Assembly: GCA_015064095.1 (NCBI GenBank)
Contig: SVSW01000001.1
Coordinates: 64,709-128,708, forward strand
Source of the DNA: Oscillospiraceae bacterium
GTDB lineage: Bacteria > Bacillota > Clostridia > Oscillospirales > CAG-272
Reading direction: 5' to 3'
Length of the DNA: 64,000 bases
Each line of letters starts with the position of its first letter. Positions within the stretch are counted from its first letter, which is position 1. Positions 27,088-36,901 of this stretch are shown in pieces. The translations under genes and the position numbers were made by a program. The notes beneath the pieces are model-generated. The model did no database searches, was not told the DNA's origin, and saw only the letters and a list, made by a program, of their open reading frames with translations.

Positions 27088-27840
27088 TTATATCTCTATT
27101 TCAATTCCGACGGGGCAGTGATCGCTACCCTCTATCTCATTTAATATAAAGCTGTCCCCGACCTTTTCCATAATACGGTTTGACACAACGAAATAATCGA
27201 TACGCCAACCGATGTTTCGTTCGCGAGCCTTCATCATATAGCTCCACCACGAATATTTCACCGTGTCGGGATATAAGGTCCTGAAGCTGTCCGAAAAGCC
27301 CGCGCAAAGCAGCTCCGAGAACTTTCCGCGCTCCTCGTCCGAAAATCCGGCATTTTGGTGATTGGTCTTGGGGCTTTTGAGGTCGATCTCCTCGTGGGCG
27401 ACATTAAGATCTCCGCAGTATATGACCGGCTTCTTTTTATCAAGTGACAAAATATATGCGCGGAGCGCATCCTCCCAGCTCATTCTGTAATCCAACCGTG
27501 CAAGCTCGCGCTGGGCGTTCGGCGTATATACGTTCAGAAGATAAAAATTTTCATATTCGAGAGTGATCGCGCGCCCCTCGTGGTCGTGCTCGTCAACTCC
27601 GATGCCGTAGCTGACCGAGATCGGCTCGTGCTTTGTAAACACTGCCGTGCCGGAGTATCCCTTTTTATCCGCACTGTACCAATACTGATAATATCCGTCC
27701 GGTGCAAATTCCGCCTGCCCCGGCTGCATCTTCGTTTCCTGTATACAGAAAAAATCCGCGTCGGCTGCGGCAAAAAAATCGGAAAACCCCTTGCCGAGCA
27801 CGGACCGAAAGCCGTTTACGTTCCAAGATATAAATTTCAT
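27088..27840 (-). CDS. xth: exodeoxyribonuclease III
   Basis: The 250-aa ORF reads MKFISWNVNGFRS ... FCIQETK ... GSDHCPV. The terminator GGCGC/GCGCC lies at 27063-27089. Confidence 0.85.
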   Translation of the reverse strand: MKFISWNVNGFRSVLGKGFSDFFAAADADFFCIQETKMQPGQAEFAPDGYYQYWYSADKKGYSGTAVFTKHEPISVSYGIGVDEHDHEGRAITLEYENFYLLNVYTPNAQRELARLDYRMSWEDALRAYILSLDKKKPVIYCGDLNVAHEEIDLKSPKTNHQNAGFSDEERGKFSELLCAGFSDSFRTLYPDTVKYSWWSYMMKARERNIGWRIDYFVVSNRIMEKVGDSFILNEIEGSDHCPVGIEIEI

Positions 27841-27993
27841 ATTGATCTCCGTTCCGCGTTTTTTCGCTTTTGTTTATTATTGCCTATATTTTATCACAAA
27901 ACCGCAAGGATTGCAATACCTTTGACTACTTGACAATTTGATCGATAAATAGTATAATATGGATAATATACTGTGCTCATTGGGAGGAAGAAC

Positions 27994-29277
27994 ATGGATC
28001 TTCAGAAGGTTTTAAACAATTTGGAAAATTGCCCCTGCGGCAGAGAGCATACATTCGACACAAAGGTGGTCGAAATAGGCAGCGGAATTACCGCGCGCGC
28101 AGGTGAGATACTTGCCACGGCGGGATTTCCGAAAAAGCTGCTCATCGTTGGCGACCGCAACACCATGCGCGTTTCCGAGGGACTTCTCGACTCGCTGATC
28201 GGTGCGGGCTTTGAGATCGCAAGAACCCTTATTTACGACGATATGAAATATGCGCGCGTAGAACAGGTGCGCGAGGTCGAGGCTCTGGCTCTCGCTTGCG
28301 ACGGTATCATCTCCGTCGGCACGGGCTCGCTCAACGACATATGCCGCGTCGCATCATTCGCGCAAGATAAAAAATTCTGCATTTTTGCAACCGCACCCTC
28401 AATGGACGGCTTTGCTTCGGACACAGCACCGATAATCGAAAACGAATTCAAGACCTCTTGGCAGGCCCGCCAGCCGATGGTCATTTTGGCTGACACCAAG
28501 ATACTCGCAAAAGCTCCGACAGAGCTTAAAAGCGCGGGCTTTGGTGATATGGTTGCAAAATATCTCGGCATACTCGAGTGGAGGATCGCAAACCTCGTCA
28601 TCGACGAGTACTATTGCCCTGCCGTTGCGCAGGTCACGCTCGATGCGCTCGAAAAATGCTGCTCGCTTGCCGACAAGGTAACGGCTGATGACGAAAAAGC
28701 TGCCGGCGCGATCATGGAGGCGCTCGTGCTTTCGGGTCTTGCCATGAAGCTCGCACTTTCCTCTCGCCCCGCATCGGGTGCTGAGCACGTCGTTTCGCAT
28801 TTCTGGGAGTGCTACAAGCTCGCTCGCGGCATCTGGCCCGAATTTCACGGCAAAAAGGTCGGCGTTGCGACCCTCGTGCTCCTTCGCACGTACCACAATC
28901 TTGCAGACCGCGTGGCCGAGATCGAGCCGACCCGTGACATGACGGATTGGGACAAGGTTTACGCTCAGTTCAGCGAAAAGCAGCTCCCCGAGGTCAAAAA
29001 GCTCAACAATCCGACGATCACGGACAAGATCGACCCCGAGCGTCTTAAAAATTCTTGGAGCGAGATACGCCGCCTTATAAAAGAGACCCTGCCGACACCC
29101 GATGAGCTGCTCGCTCTTATGGAATCTGCCGGCTGTGCCACGACGACCGAGGAGATCAACGTGTCCGACGAGCTTTACGCAACGGGACTTCGTTACCATA
29201 CATATATGAGATACCGCTTGCTCATTCCGAGACTTTTCCCGATGATCGGTCTTGACATTATGGATTTCGCAAAATAA
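27994..29277 (+). CDS. sn-glycerol-1-phosphate dehydrogenase-like (AraM/EgsA family, iron-ADH superfamily)
   Basis: ORF 27973..29277 is trimmed to MDLQKVLNN (ATG 27994), which has a GGGAGG RBS. Its motifs are GTGSLNDICR, APSMDGFAS and SGAEHVVSHFWE. Confidence 0.6.
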   Translation: MDLQKVLNNLENCPCGREHTFDTKVVEIGSGITARAGEILATAGFPKKLLIVGDRNTMRVSEGLLDSLIGAGFEIARTLIYDDMKYARVEQVREVEALALACDGIISVGTGSLNDICRVASFAQDKKFCIFATAPSMDGFASDTAPIIENEFKTSWQARQPMVILADTKILAKAPTELKSAGFGDMVAKYLGILEWRIANLVIDEYYCPAVAQVTLDALEKCCSLADKVTADDEKAAGAIMEALVLSGLAMKLALSSRPASGAEHVVSHFWECYKLARGIWPEFHGKKVGVATLVLLRTYHNLADRVAEIEPTRDMTDWDKVYAQFSEKQLPEVKKLNNPTITDKIDPERLKNSWSEIRRLIKETLPTPDELLALMESAGCATTTEEINVSDELYATGLRYHTYMRYRLLIPRLFPMIGLDIMDFAK

Positions 29278-29303
29278 AAAAAGCCCCATTGGGGCTTTTT
29301 TTA
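29276..29303. terminator. bidirectional intrinsic terminator
   Basis: The sequence AAAAAAAGCCCC-att-GGGGCTTTTTTT sits between convergent genes. Confidence 0.7.
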
Positions 29304-29888
29304 TTTTCTGTTTACCGCCGTAAGATATTCTTCATAAGTCAAGACGAGCTTGGCAGCTTCGAGCAGCGCGTTCGCGGTCATGCCTGACGGCAGACCTATT
29401 TTTTCTGCGAATTCATCGCGGCGTTTTGCGCTGTCGGCGCGTCCCGAAAGACCGTCCTCGTAAAAGTCCGCCTTTGAAAGCGGATTTTTTTCCGCAAGCC
29501 TTGCCCGTTCCTCGCTTTCATACGGTAAAAGCAAATTATAAAGCAGTTCTCGCTCCATGCCCTCGACACCGAGCGTCCCTTCTGCCGACGGCTCGGATTT
29601 TCTTTTTTCCTTGCCCTCGATCTTCGGGATATAGAGCTGTATCAGCCGATCGCGCGGTATTGCCGAGCCGATATGCGAGCGGATCAGCTTCCCTGCTCCG
29701 TCACTGTCCGAAAGAACTATCAGCTTCGTCTTTTCCGAAAGAGCACGCAAAAGCGCGAGCTTTTCCTTTTGCTTGAAAATGCCGAAGCCGTCCGTCGTTA
29801 TGATATGCGCGTCGCAGACCGTCAAAAGACGTGCGCGGTCATATTTCCCCTCGACGATTACGGGATACGGAATATTCAGCTTTCTCAT
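29301..29888 (-). CDS. Toprim-domain protein (RNase M5-like)
   Basis: The 195-aa ORF has VIVEGKYD ... LSDSDGAGKLIR. The ATG overlaps the uppP stop (ATGA). Confidence 0.5.
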   Translation of the reverse strand: MRKLNIPYPVIVEGKYDRARLLTVCDAHIITTDGFGIFKQKEKLALLRALSEKTKLIVLSDSDGAGKLIRSHIGSAIPRDRLIQLYIPKIEGKEKRKSEPSAEGTLGVEGMERELLYNLLLPYESEERARLAEKNPLSKADFYEDGLSGRADSAKRRDEFAEKIGLPSGMTANALLEAAKLVLTYEEYLTAVNRK

Positions 29889-30745
29889 CTAAAGATCGCC
29901 CATATTATAACGGCCGCACCGAGTATGATACGGTAAATTCCGAACGGGATAAACGTGTGCTTTTTAAGAAAATCGGTCAAAAATCTTATCGCCGCGACCG
30001 AAACGAGAAACGCGACAATGCAACCGATCGCAAGTATTGCCCAAAGCTCGCCCGTCATAGAAATGCCGTCAAGCAGGAATTTTACAACCTTTAAAAGGCT
30101 TGCCCCCGCCATGACGGGAATGGCCAAAAAGAACGAAAATTCCGCCGCCGCCACGCGCGAAACACCGAGCAGGCGCGAGCCGATGATCGTTGAGCCTGAG
30201 CGCGATGTGCCGGGGATCAGTGCAAGCATTTGAAATGCACCGATACCGAGTGCCGTCGAATAAGAAATATCATCAACCGTTTCACAGCGGTTTTTGCCTT
30301 TTTTGTACTTTTCGATGATTATAAACGCAAGACCGTAGACGATAAGCGCCGCGGCAATGACCAGCGCGCCGCCGGTGCGAACATAAAGCTCGCCCTCGCC
30401 CTCATAAAGCAGAGCGTCGATAAAATCGTTTATTAAAAGACCGACGACCGCCGCGGGAACCGATCCGACGAGCACCTTTGCCCAAAGGCTCCAAGTGCTT
30501 TTCTTTTCCTGCGCGGATTTTGACGGTGCGAACGGATTGAGCTTGCGAAAATAAAGCACAACGACCGCCATGATCGATCCGAGCTGTATGACAACGGAAA
30601 ACATCTCCCAAAATTCTGACGGTACATCAAGCGGCCACAGCGCATTGAAAAGTATCATATGACCCGTCGAGCTGATCGGCAGCCACTCTGTTATTCCCTG
30701 AATGATCCCTATCAGCACGGTCTTTATTATTTCAACAAGAAACAT
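29885..30745 (-). CDS. uppP: undecaprenyl-diphosphate phosphatase
   Basis: The 286-aa protein is multi-TM and has GITEWLPISSTGH and PGTSRSG motifs. Confidence 0.85.
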   Translation of the reverse strand: MFLVEIIKTVLIGIIQGITEWLPISSTGHMILFNALWPLDVPSEFWEMFSVVIQLGSIMAVVVLYFRKLNPFAPSKSAQEKKSTWSLWAKVLVGSVPAAVVGLLINDFIDALLYEGEGELYVRTGGALVIAAALIVYGLAFIIIEKYKKGKNRCETVDDISYSTALGIGAFQMLALIPGTSRSGSTIIGSRLLGVSRVAAAEFSFFLAIPVMAGASLLKVVKFLLDGISMTGELWAILAIGCIVAFLVSVAAIRFLTDFLKKHTFIPFGIYRIILGAAVIIWAIFR

Positions 30746-30802
30746 AAAGCCTCCAATTTTACAAACTGCTCGCCTTTTCGACGAGCAGTTTTAATATGTT
30801 TG

Positions 30803-31744
30803 TTATTTTTTAAGTGCAACCGCGGCTTTTGCCTTTGCTGCGATATTAGCCGGAGTAAGTCCGTAATATTCAAGCAGAGCCGGAACCTTGCCGGAACGGC
30901 CAAAGCAGTCCTCGGTGCCAACGCGAAGCACGGGCACGGGCTTGCCCTCGCAGACGACCTCTGCAACGGCAGAACCGAGACCGCCGATAATATTGTGCTC
31001 CTCAGCGGTGACGATAGCACCCGTATCGGCAGCAGCCGCAAGAATGATCTCACGGTCTATCGGCTTGATCGTATGAATGTTGATAACGCGGGCGGAAATT
31101 CCCTCGTTTGCAAGCAGCTCACGCGCTTCAAGTGCCATGCCGACCATAACGCCGGTTGCAACTATGGTCACGTCCTTGCCATCTGCAAGCACTGCGCCCT
31201 TGCCGAGCTCGAACTTATAAGTATTCTTATCAAAAAGCACCGGAACGGCAAGTCTGCCAAAGCGCATATACATCGGACCCTTGTGAGTCATAGCCGCCTC
31301 AACTGCCGCGCGTGCCTCAACATCGTCAGCCGGGCTGACAACAGTCATGCCGGGGATAGTTCTCATAAGTGCGAGATCCTCAAGGCACTGATGGGTCGCT
31401 CCGTCCTCACCGACGGTGATGCCTGCGTGGGTCGCGCCGATCTTAACGTTGAGATTAGGGTAACCGATCGAGTTTCTGATCTGCTCAAAGGCACGTCCTG
31501 CCGCGAACATCGCAAAGGTCGATGCAAAAACAAGCTTGCCCGTCGTTGCAATACCTGCGGCTACGGTCATCATATTGCCTTCTGCAATACCGCAGTCAAA
31601 AAATCTCTCGGGGAATTTCTTTTTGAAAACGCCCGTCTTGGTTGCTGCCGCGAGGTCAGCATCAAGAACGACGAAATCGTATTTTTCTCCAAGCTCGGCA
31701 AGCGCGTTGCCGTAGGATTCTCTCGTTGCTATTTTATCTGCCAT
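30803..31744 (-). CDS. transketolase, C-terminal (pyrimidine-binding) subunit
   Basis: The 313-aa ORF reads RESYGNALAELG ... DCGIAEGNM ... It is paired with the upstream N-terminal subunit. Confidence 0.85.
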   Translation of the reverse strand: MADKIATRESYGNALAELGEKYDFVVLDADLAAATKTGVFKKKFPERFFDCGIAEGNMMTVAAGIATTGKLVFASTFAMFAAGRAFEQIRNSIGYPNLNVKIGATHAGITVGEDGATHQCLEDLALMRTIPGMTVVSPADDVEARAAVEAAMTHKGPMYMRFGRLAVPVLFDKNTYKFELGKGAVLADGKDVTIVATGVMVGMALEARELLANEGISARVINIHTIKPIDREIILAAAADTGAIVTAEEHNIIGGLGSAVAEVVCEGKPVPVLRVGTEDCFGRSGKVPALLEYYGLTPANIAAKAKAAVALKK

Positions 31745-31745
31745 A

Positions 31746-32573
31746 TCAGTTACCTCCCTTGAGCTCGGCTACTGCCTGCTCGTACTGCTCGTCTGACGGT
31801 GCGTTTCCGTGCCAGCCGACCTGATTTTCCATAAAGGAAACGCCCTTGCCCTTTGTGGTCTTTGCAATGATCGCCGTGGGCTTGCCCTTGCAGTTCTCGG
31901 CTGCGGTGAAGGCTGCATCGATCTGGTCGAAATCATGTCCGTCGATGCTTATAACGTTAAAGCCGAACGCCTCAAGCTTTTTATCATGGGGAGTGGGATT
32001 CATAACTTCTGCTACCGGTCCGTCTATCTGAAGGCCGTTCCAGTCGATAACAAGGCAGAAATTGTCAAGCTTATAGTGAGCGGCGAACATGCAAGCCTCC
32101 CAAACCTGACCCTCCTCGCTTTCGCCGTCACCGACGATCGCATACGTTCTGTAATCCTTGCCGGCTATCTTTGCGGCAAGTGCCATTCCGGCTGCTGCCG
32201 AAATTCCAAGACCGAGCGAGCCTGTCGTCATATCAACACCGGGAGTGTGCTTCATATCGGGGTGACCCTGAAGGAAGCTGTCCACCTGGCGAAGCTTTGC
32301 AAGCTCCTCCTTCGGGAAAAATCCTTTTTCTGCAAGAGTTGCATAAAGTGCCGGTGCCGTGTGTCCCTTTGAGAGCACAAGACGGTCACGGTCGGGATCA
32401 TCGGGATTTTTTGCGTCAACACGCATTTTGTAGAAATAAAGATACGCAAGCAGATCGGCAATCGAGAGAGAGCCGCCCGGATGTCCGGATTTTGCTGCGT
32501 GAACGCCGAGCAACGCTCCAAGACGGATCTCGGTTGCTACGGATTGAAGTTCAAGTTTTTTTGCCTGTTCCAT
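31746..32573 (-). CDS. transketolase, N-terminal (TPP-binding) subunit
   Basis: The 275-aa ORF has GHPGGSLS, LSKGH and GDGESEEGQVWE. Confidence 0.85.
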   Translation of the reverse strand: MEQAKKLELQSVATEIRLGALLGVHAAKSGHPGGSLSIADLLAYLYFYKMRVDAKNPDDPDRDRLVLSKGHTAPALYATLAEKGFFPKEELAKLRQVDSFLQGHPDMKHTPGVDMTTGSLGLGISAAAGMALAAKIAGKDYRTYAIVGDGESEEGQVWEACMFAAHYKLDNFCLVIDWNGLQIDGPVAEVMNPTPHDKKLEAFGFNVISIDGHDFDQIDAAFTAAENCKGKPTAIIAKTTKGKGVSFMENQVGWHGNAPSDEQYEQAVAELKGGN

Positions 32574-32639
32574 ATATCCTCCGGAAATTTTTGTTTTACC
32601 ATAATATTATAATGTATTTTCCCTGAATTGTCAAGTATT

Positions 32640-33587
32640 TTAATCAACTCTGCTGCGTCTTTCTCCGTCGAAAAACGCCCTAATGTTCTTGATTATTTCG
32701 TCAAGACAGCGTGCGCGCGCTTCGGCTGCGCCCCAAGCCATATGCGGTGTCAGGCAGACGTTCGGCATATCTTTTATCGGATAAAAAGGGTGATCCTTCG
32801 GCATGGGTTCTACGGAATACACGTCAACGCCGATACCGCCAAGCCTTCCGCCGGCGACGGCGCGAGCAAGCGCCGCCTCGTCCGTGACCGCCCCGCGTGC
32901 TACGTTTATTACGATCGCGTCATTTTTCATAAGCGCGATCTCGCGCTCGCCGATAATACCACGCGTTGCGTCGGCAAGCGGCAGATGTATCGAGATTATA
33001 TCGGCGCGCAGGCAAAGCTCATCTAGCGAAACGCACTCAACTCCCTCACAGGGCGTGCGCTTGAACGCTATTACCTCACAGCCCATCGCGCGTGCGACCG
33101 CCGCGACCTGCTTGCCTATATTGCCGTACCCGACGATGCCCCACGTTTTGCCGCATATCTCGTGATAAACGGGCGAAAGCTTGTTTGCCACGCCGCCGCG
33201 GGTATAGCTTCCGTCCTCAACAGCTTTTGTGTATTCGGGCAAATGAGTATAAAGCGAAAGCGCCATTGAGAGCGTTACTTGTGCCACGCTTTGCGTTGAA
33301 TACCCAACGACATTCGAAACGGCGATGCCGTGCTCACGGCAGTACGCGGTATCGATATTGTCGTATCCCGTTGCGGCTATGCATATTAGCTTTAAATTCT
33401 TCGCTCCGCCAAGATTTGTTCCGTTTAATTTTATTTTGTTGATCAGCACGACCTCGCTCTCGGCAATTCGCGCCGCGACGTCCTGCGGCTCCGTCGTGCC
33501 GTATATTTCCACCTCACCGACCTCATTCAGCGGTGAAAGGTCAAGATCTGCCCCAAGCGTTGAGGCATCAAGTACAGTTATTTTCAT
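32640..33587 (-). CDS. D-isomer-specific 2-hydroxyacid dehydrogenase (glycerate dehydrogenase-like)
   Basis: ORF 32640..33638 is trimmed to MKITVLDAS (ATG 33585-33587), which has a GGAGG RBS. It has the NAD motif GIVGYGNIG and the catalytic region NVARG...PHMAW. Confidence 0.75.
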   Translation of the reverse strand: MKITVLDASTLGADLDLSPLNEVGEVEIYGTTEPQDVAARIAESEVVLINKIKLNGTNLGGAKNLKLICIAATGYDNIDTAYCREHGIAVSNVVGYSTQSVAQVTLSMALSLYTHLPEYTKAVEDGSYTRGGVANKLSPVYHEICGKTWGIVGYGNIGKQVAAVARAMGCEVIAFKRTPCEGVECVSLDELCLRADIISIHLPLADATRGIIGEREIALMKNDAIVINVARGAVTDEAALARAVAGGRLGGIGVDVYSVEPMPKDHPFYPIKDMPNVCLTPHMAWGAAEARARCLDEIIKNIRAFFDGERRSRVD

Positions 33588-33706
33588 AGCTACCTCCGTT
33601 TCCGGTACCATTATATCACATTCTTTCACAATATTCAATGTCGAAATAGGTCAAATTCCCATATAATTATATTGGGGCCTCCCCCAATACAATTAAGGAG
33701 ATTCTT

Positions 33707-34567
33707 ATGGCAACATTTCAAAATCGCGCCACATTGACATACAACAATTTCGTCACGAACTCGAACACGGTAACGGGCGAGATAGTTGAGGCGCTTTCTG
33801 CGGCAAAAAACGCCGTTGACGCCACTTATGCCTCAGGCGAGGATATAACTTATGTCGTCAGCATCGTCAATTCGGGCACAACACCCTTTACGGGTCTCAC
33901 CGTGACCGACGACCTCGGAAGATATACCGTTGGTACGGGTCCTGTCACCGCAACTCCGCTGACGTTTGTTGACGGCTCGGTCGCACTCTATGTAAACGGT
34001 GTTCTCAGCACCACCCCGACCGTTACGGGCACCGATCCTTTGACGTTTACGGGAATAACCGTTCCGGCAGGCGGAAACGCTGTCCTCATTTATCGCGCGC
34101 GAGTAAATGAGTTCGCCCCTCTCGGCACAGATGCAACCATAGTTAACACCGCCACCGTCACCGGCAACGGACTTCCCTCCCCCGTCACCGCGGAGGCTAC
34201 CGTGACCGCGACCGCCGCGCCCTTCCTCACCATAACAAAGGCTCTTACCCCCACGGTCGTTCGTGATAACGGGCAGATCACGTACACCTTTGTGATACAG
34301 AACCTCGGAAATACTGCGGCTGAGATCGGCGACAACGTCACCGTGACAGACACCTTCGATCCGATCATCGACATCACCGCAGTTACCCTTGACGGTGTAA
34401 CTCTCACAAGCCCGACAGATTATACCTATGATACGACGACCGGTGAATTTGCGACCGTCCCCGGACGCATAACCGTTCCCTCCGCAACCTACACTCAGGA
34501 TCCGACCACCGGCGAATTCACAACGGTTCCCGGCACTGCGACCCTCACGGTCAGCGGCACTATCTGA
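33707..34567 (+). CDS. leaderless Thr/Val-rich beta-repeat protein (DUF11/CARDB-like conserved repeat)
   Basis: The 286-aa ORF has an AAGGAG RBS. It has two repeat-domain-like halves (..YVVSIVNSGTTPFTGLTVTDDLG.. and ..YTFVIQNLGNTAAEIGDNVTVTDTFD..). It has no signal peptide, TM segment or sortase motif. It has its own terminator at 34569-34609. Confidence 0.55.
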   Translation: MATFQNRATLTYNNFVTNSNTVTGEIVEALSAAKNAVDATYASGEDITYVVSIVNSGTTPFTGLTVTDDLGRYTVGTGPVTATPLTFVDGSVALYVNGVLSTTPTVTGTDPLTFTGITVPAGGNAVLIYRARVNEFAPLGTDATIVNTATVTGNGLPSPVTAEATVTATAAPFLTITKALTPTVVRDNGQITYTFVIQNLGNTAAEIGDNVTVTDTFDPIIDITAVTLDGVTLTSPTDYTYDTTTGEFATVPGRITVPSATYTQDPTTGEFTTVPGTATLTVSGTI

Positions 34568-34568
34568 C

Positions 34569-34609
34569 AAAAAAAGCACTCTCTCAACCGAGAGAGTGCC
34601 GTTTTTTTA
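34569..34609. terminator. bidirectional intrinsic terminator
   Basis: The hairpin GCACTCTCTC-aacc-GAGAGAGTGC has an A-run and a T-run, and sits between convergent genes. Confidence 0.7.
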
Positions 34610-36901
34610 TTTTAGTTCAACTCGGCGGATCTTTCCGCTGATGGTCTTCGGAAGCTCATCGCGGAATTCAACGACGCGTGGGTATTTATACGGCGCCGTG
34701 CGCTTTTTGACATATGTTTGTATCTCGCGCTTCAGCTCCTCTGTCGGGTTTGTTCCCTTGACAAGCACGATCGTCGCCTTAACCGCCTGACCGCGTATCT
34801 CATCGGGCACTGCTGTGACCGCACACTCAAGCACGTACGGAAGCTCCATAATAACGCTCTCGATCTCGAACGGTCCTATGCGATAGCCCGACGATTTGAT
34901 AACGTCGTCCACGCGCCCGACAAACCAAAAGAGCCCTTCCTCGTCGCGCCATGCGGTGTCGCCCGTATGATAATATCCGTCGTGCCACGATTCCTTTGTG
35001 TGCTCCTCGTCGCGGTAATATCCGCTGTAAAGTCCGCAGGGTGCGCCCTCGGTCGTCTTTATGCAGATCTCACCTGGCTCGCCGACCTTGGCGGGAGTGC
35101 CGTCGGGAAGCAGGATCTCAACATTATAAAGCGGCGAGGGTCTGCCCATCGAGCCGAGCTTCGGCGTTGTGCCGACGAAGTTTCCGATCGACAGAGTGGT
35201 CTCCGTCTGACCGTACGCCTCCATAATGCGGATCCCCGTTGCCTTCAAGAACTGATTGTACACCTCGGGGTTCAGCGCCTCGCCTGCCGTCGTGGCGTAC
35301 TTTATCGACGAAAGATCGTAATCGGCGAGATTTTCCTTTATAAAGAAGCGGTACATAGTCGGCGGTGCGCAGAATGTGGTTATGCGGTATTTACCGATCA
35401 TCGGAAGTATATCTGCGGCAATGAACTTATCAAAATCGTACGTGAACACGGGTGCTTCGCAGAGCCACTGACCGTAGAGCTTGCCCCAAAGCGCTTTGCC
35501 CCAGCCCGTATCGGAGATCGTAAAGTGCAGACCGTTCGGGTCGACATTGTGCCAATATTTTGCGGTGACAAAATGTCCGAGCGGATATTTATGATTGTGC
35601 AGAGCGATCTTCGGATAACCCGTTGTTCCCGATGTGAAGAACATGAGAAGCGGATCGCTGCCCTTGGGCGATTCCTCCGTTCGCTCGAACTTATCGGAGA
35701 ACTGTGCGTACTCGTCGTCAAAGCTATGCCAGCCCTCGCGCTTGCCGTGTGCTATAACCTTGAGCATAGAGCCCTCGGGCAGCTTTGCGATCGCCTTTTC
35801 GGCCTCTGCCGAGGTTTCGCCGTCAGCTGTGCAAACGATAGCCGATACGCCTGCCGCTTTGAAGCGGTAATCAAAATCCTTTTCCATAAGCAGATTGGTC
35901 GCAGGTATCGCGATCGCGCCGAGCTTATGCAAGGCAAGGATTGTGTACCAGAAATGCCAATGGCGCTTTAAGACGAGCATAACACGGTCGCCCTTTTTGA
36001 CGCCGAGCGACGCAAGATAATTCGCGACCTTGTTCGAGCCGCGCGACATATCCTCAAACGTAAAGCGGCGCTCGTGCTTTTTTGCCGAGACGTGGAACAT
36101 TGCAAGCTTGTGAGGCGTCTTTTTAGCGACCGCGTCAACAACGTCGAACGCGAAATTGAAGCTTTCCTCATTCTTAAAGGATATACCCGAAAGCACTCCG
36201 CGCTCGTCATGCTCGGTGTCGATAAACCTCGAGCTGACTGGATTTATAATGCCTGCAAGGTCCGTATTCGTGGTTGCGGGAAGTGCCTCCTGCTCCTCAT
36301 ATTTTGACGCACGCTCGCCGTCGGGATTCATAACGATGGCATAGATCTCGCAATCCTCGCCGCCCATTGCTGCCTCGTCGTGAGGTGTTGAGCTGTCATA
36401 ATAGATGCTGTCGCCTGCGCGCAAGATCTCTGCGCGGTCGCCGATCCAGATCTTCATAGTTCCCCGAATAACTATATCAAGCTCCTGACCCTTATGGGAT
36501 GCAAGATGCAGAGGCTTTTCGAGCGCCGCTTCGTCGTATGGGATCTTTACATAAAAGGGCTCTGCTATCTTATCCTTGAACATCGCGGCAAGTCGGTTAT
36601 ACACAAAGCCCTCGCGTCGCACGATCGGCATACCCTCGCCTGCGCGAGTGACCGTATAGTTCGTCAAAAACGGCGAGCGTCCCTCCATCAGGTCGGTGAT
36701 CTCAACACCCGATGCATTTGCGACCTTATATATAAAAGTAAAGCTGAAATCTGCCTGACCGTTCTCGTTAATTATGTACTCCTGCTCCGAAATGCCGCAG
36801 GCTTCCGCCATTGCCGCCGTTGAAAGTCCCACAGACTCTCGCGCGGCGCGGATACGTTGGGCAACCTCCTTTATCTTGAAATCCACATGGTTCCCTGACA
36901 T
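34607..36901 (-). CDS. fusion protein: XRE-type HTH + cupin + AMP-forming acyl-CoA synthetase, copy 2 (paralog of 4557..6827)
   Basis: ORF 34607..36982 is trimmed to MSGNHVDFKIKE (ATG 36899-36901), which has an AAGGAAG RBS. It has the same three-module layout and adenylation motifs as copy 1 (FFTSGTTGYPK, YHTGD, SSGYRIGPFEIE, SGKIRR). By eye the identity to copy 1 across the enzyme part is high. Confidence 0.85.
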   Translation of the reverse strand: MSGNHVDFKIKEVAQRIRAARESVGLSTAAMAEACGISEQEYIINENGQADFSFTFIYKVANASGVEITDLMEGRSPFLTNYTVTRAGEGMPIVRREGFVYNRLAAMFKDKIAEPFYVKIPYDEAALEKPLHLASHKGQELDIVIRGTMKIWIGDRAEILRAGDSIYYDSSTPHDEAAMGGEDCEIYAIVMNPDGERASKYEEQEALPATTNTDLAGIINPVSSRFIDTEHDERGVLSGISFKNEESFNFAFDVVDAVAKKTPHKLAMFHVSAKKHERRFTFEDMSRGSNKVANYLASLGVKKGDRVMLVLKRHWHFWYTILALHKLGAIAIPATNLLMEKDFDYRFKAAGVSAIVCTADGETSAEAEKAIAKLPEGSMLKVIAHGKREGWHSFDDEYAQFSDKFERTEESPKGSDPLLMFFTSGTTGYPKIALHNHKYPLGHFVTAKYWHNVDPNGLHFTISDTGWGKALWGKLYGQWLCEAPVFTYDFDKFIAADILPMIGKYRITTFCAPPTMYRFFIKENLADYDLSSIKYATTAGEALNPEVYNQFLKATGIRIMEAYGQTETTLSIGNFVGTTPKLGSMGRPSPLYNVEILLPDGTPAKVGEPGEICIKTTEGAPCGLYSGYYRDEEHTKESWHDGYYHTGDTAWRDEEGLFWFVGRVDDVIKSSGYRIGPFEIESVIMELPYVLECAVTAVPDEIRGQAVKATIVLVKGTNPTEELKREIQTYVKKRTAPYKYPRVVEFRDELPKTISGKIRRVELK

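Noticed and set aside
30659-31762. Long antisense ORFs opposite the transketolase subunit, and similar ones at 34718-35971, 57526-58791, 61773-62873, 28399-29289, 33833-34579 and 37339-38886.
   Set aside because: Each lies fully inside, or mirrors, a gene with clear family motifs on the other strand. None has a ribosome-binding site. All translate to Arg/Cys/His-rich sequences with no domain signature.
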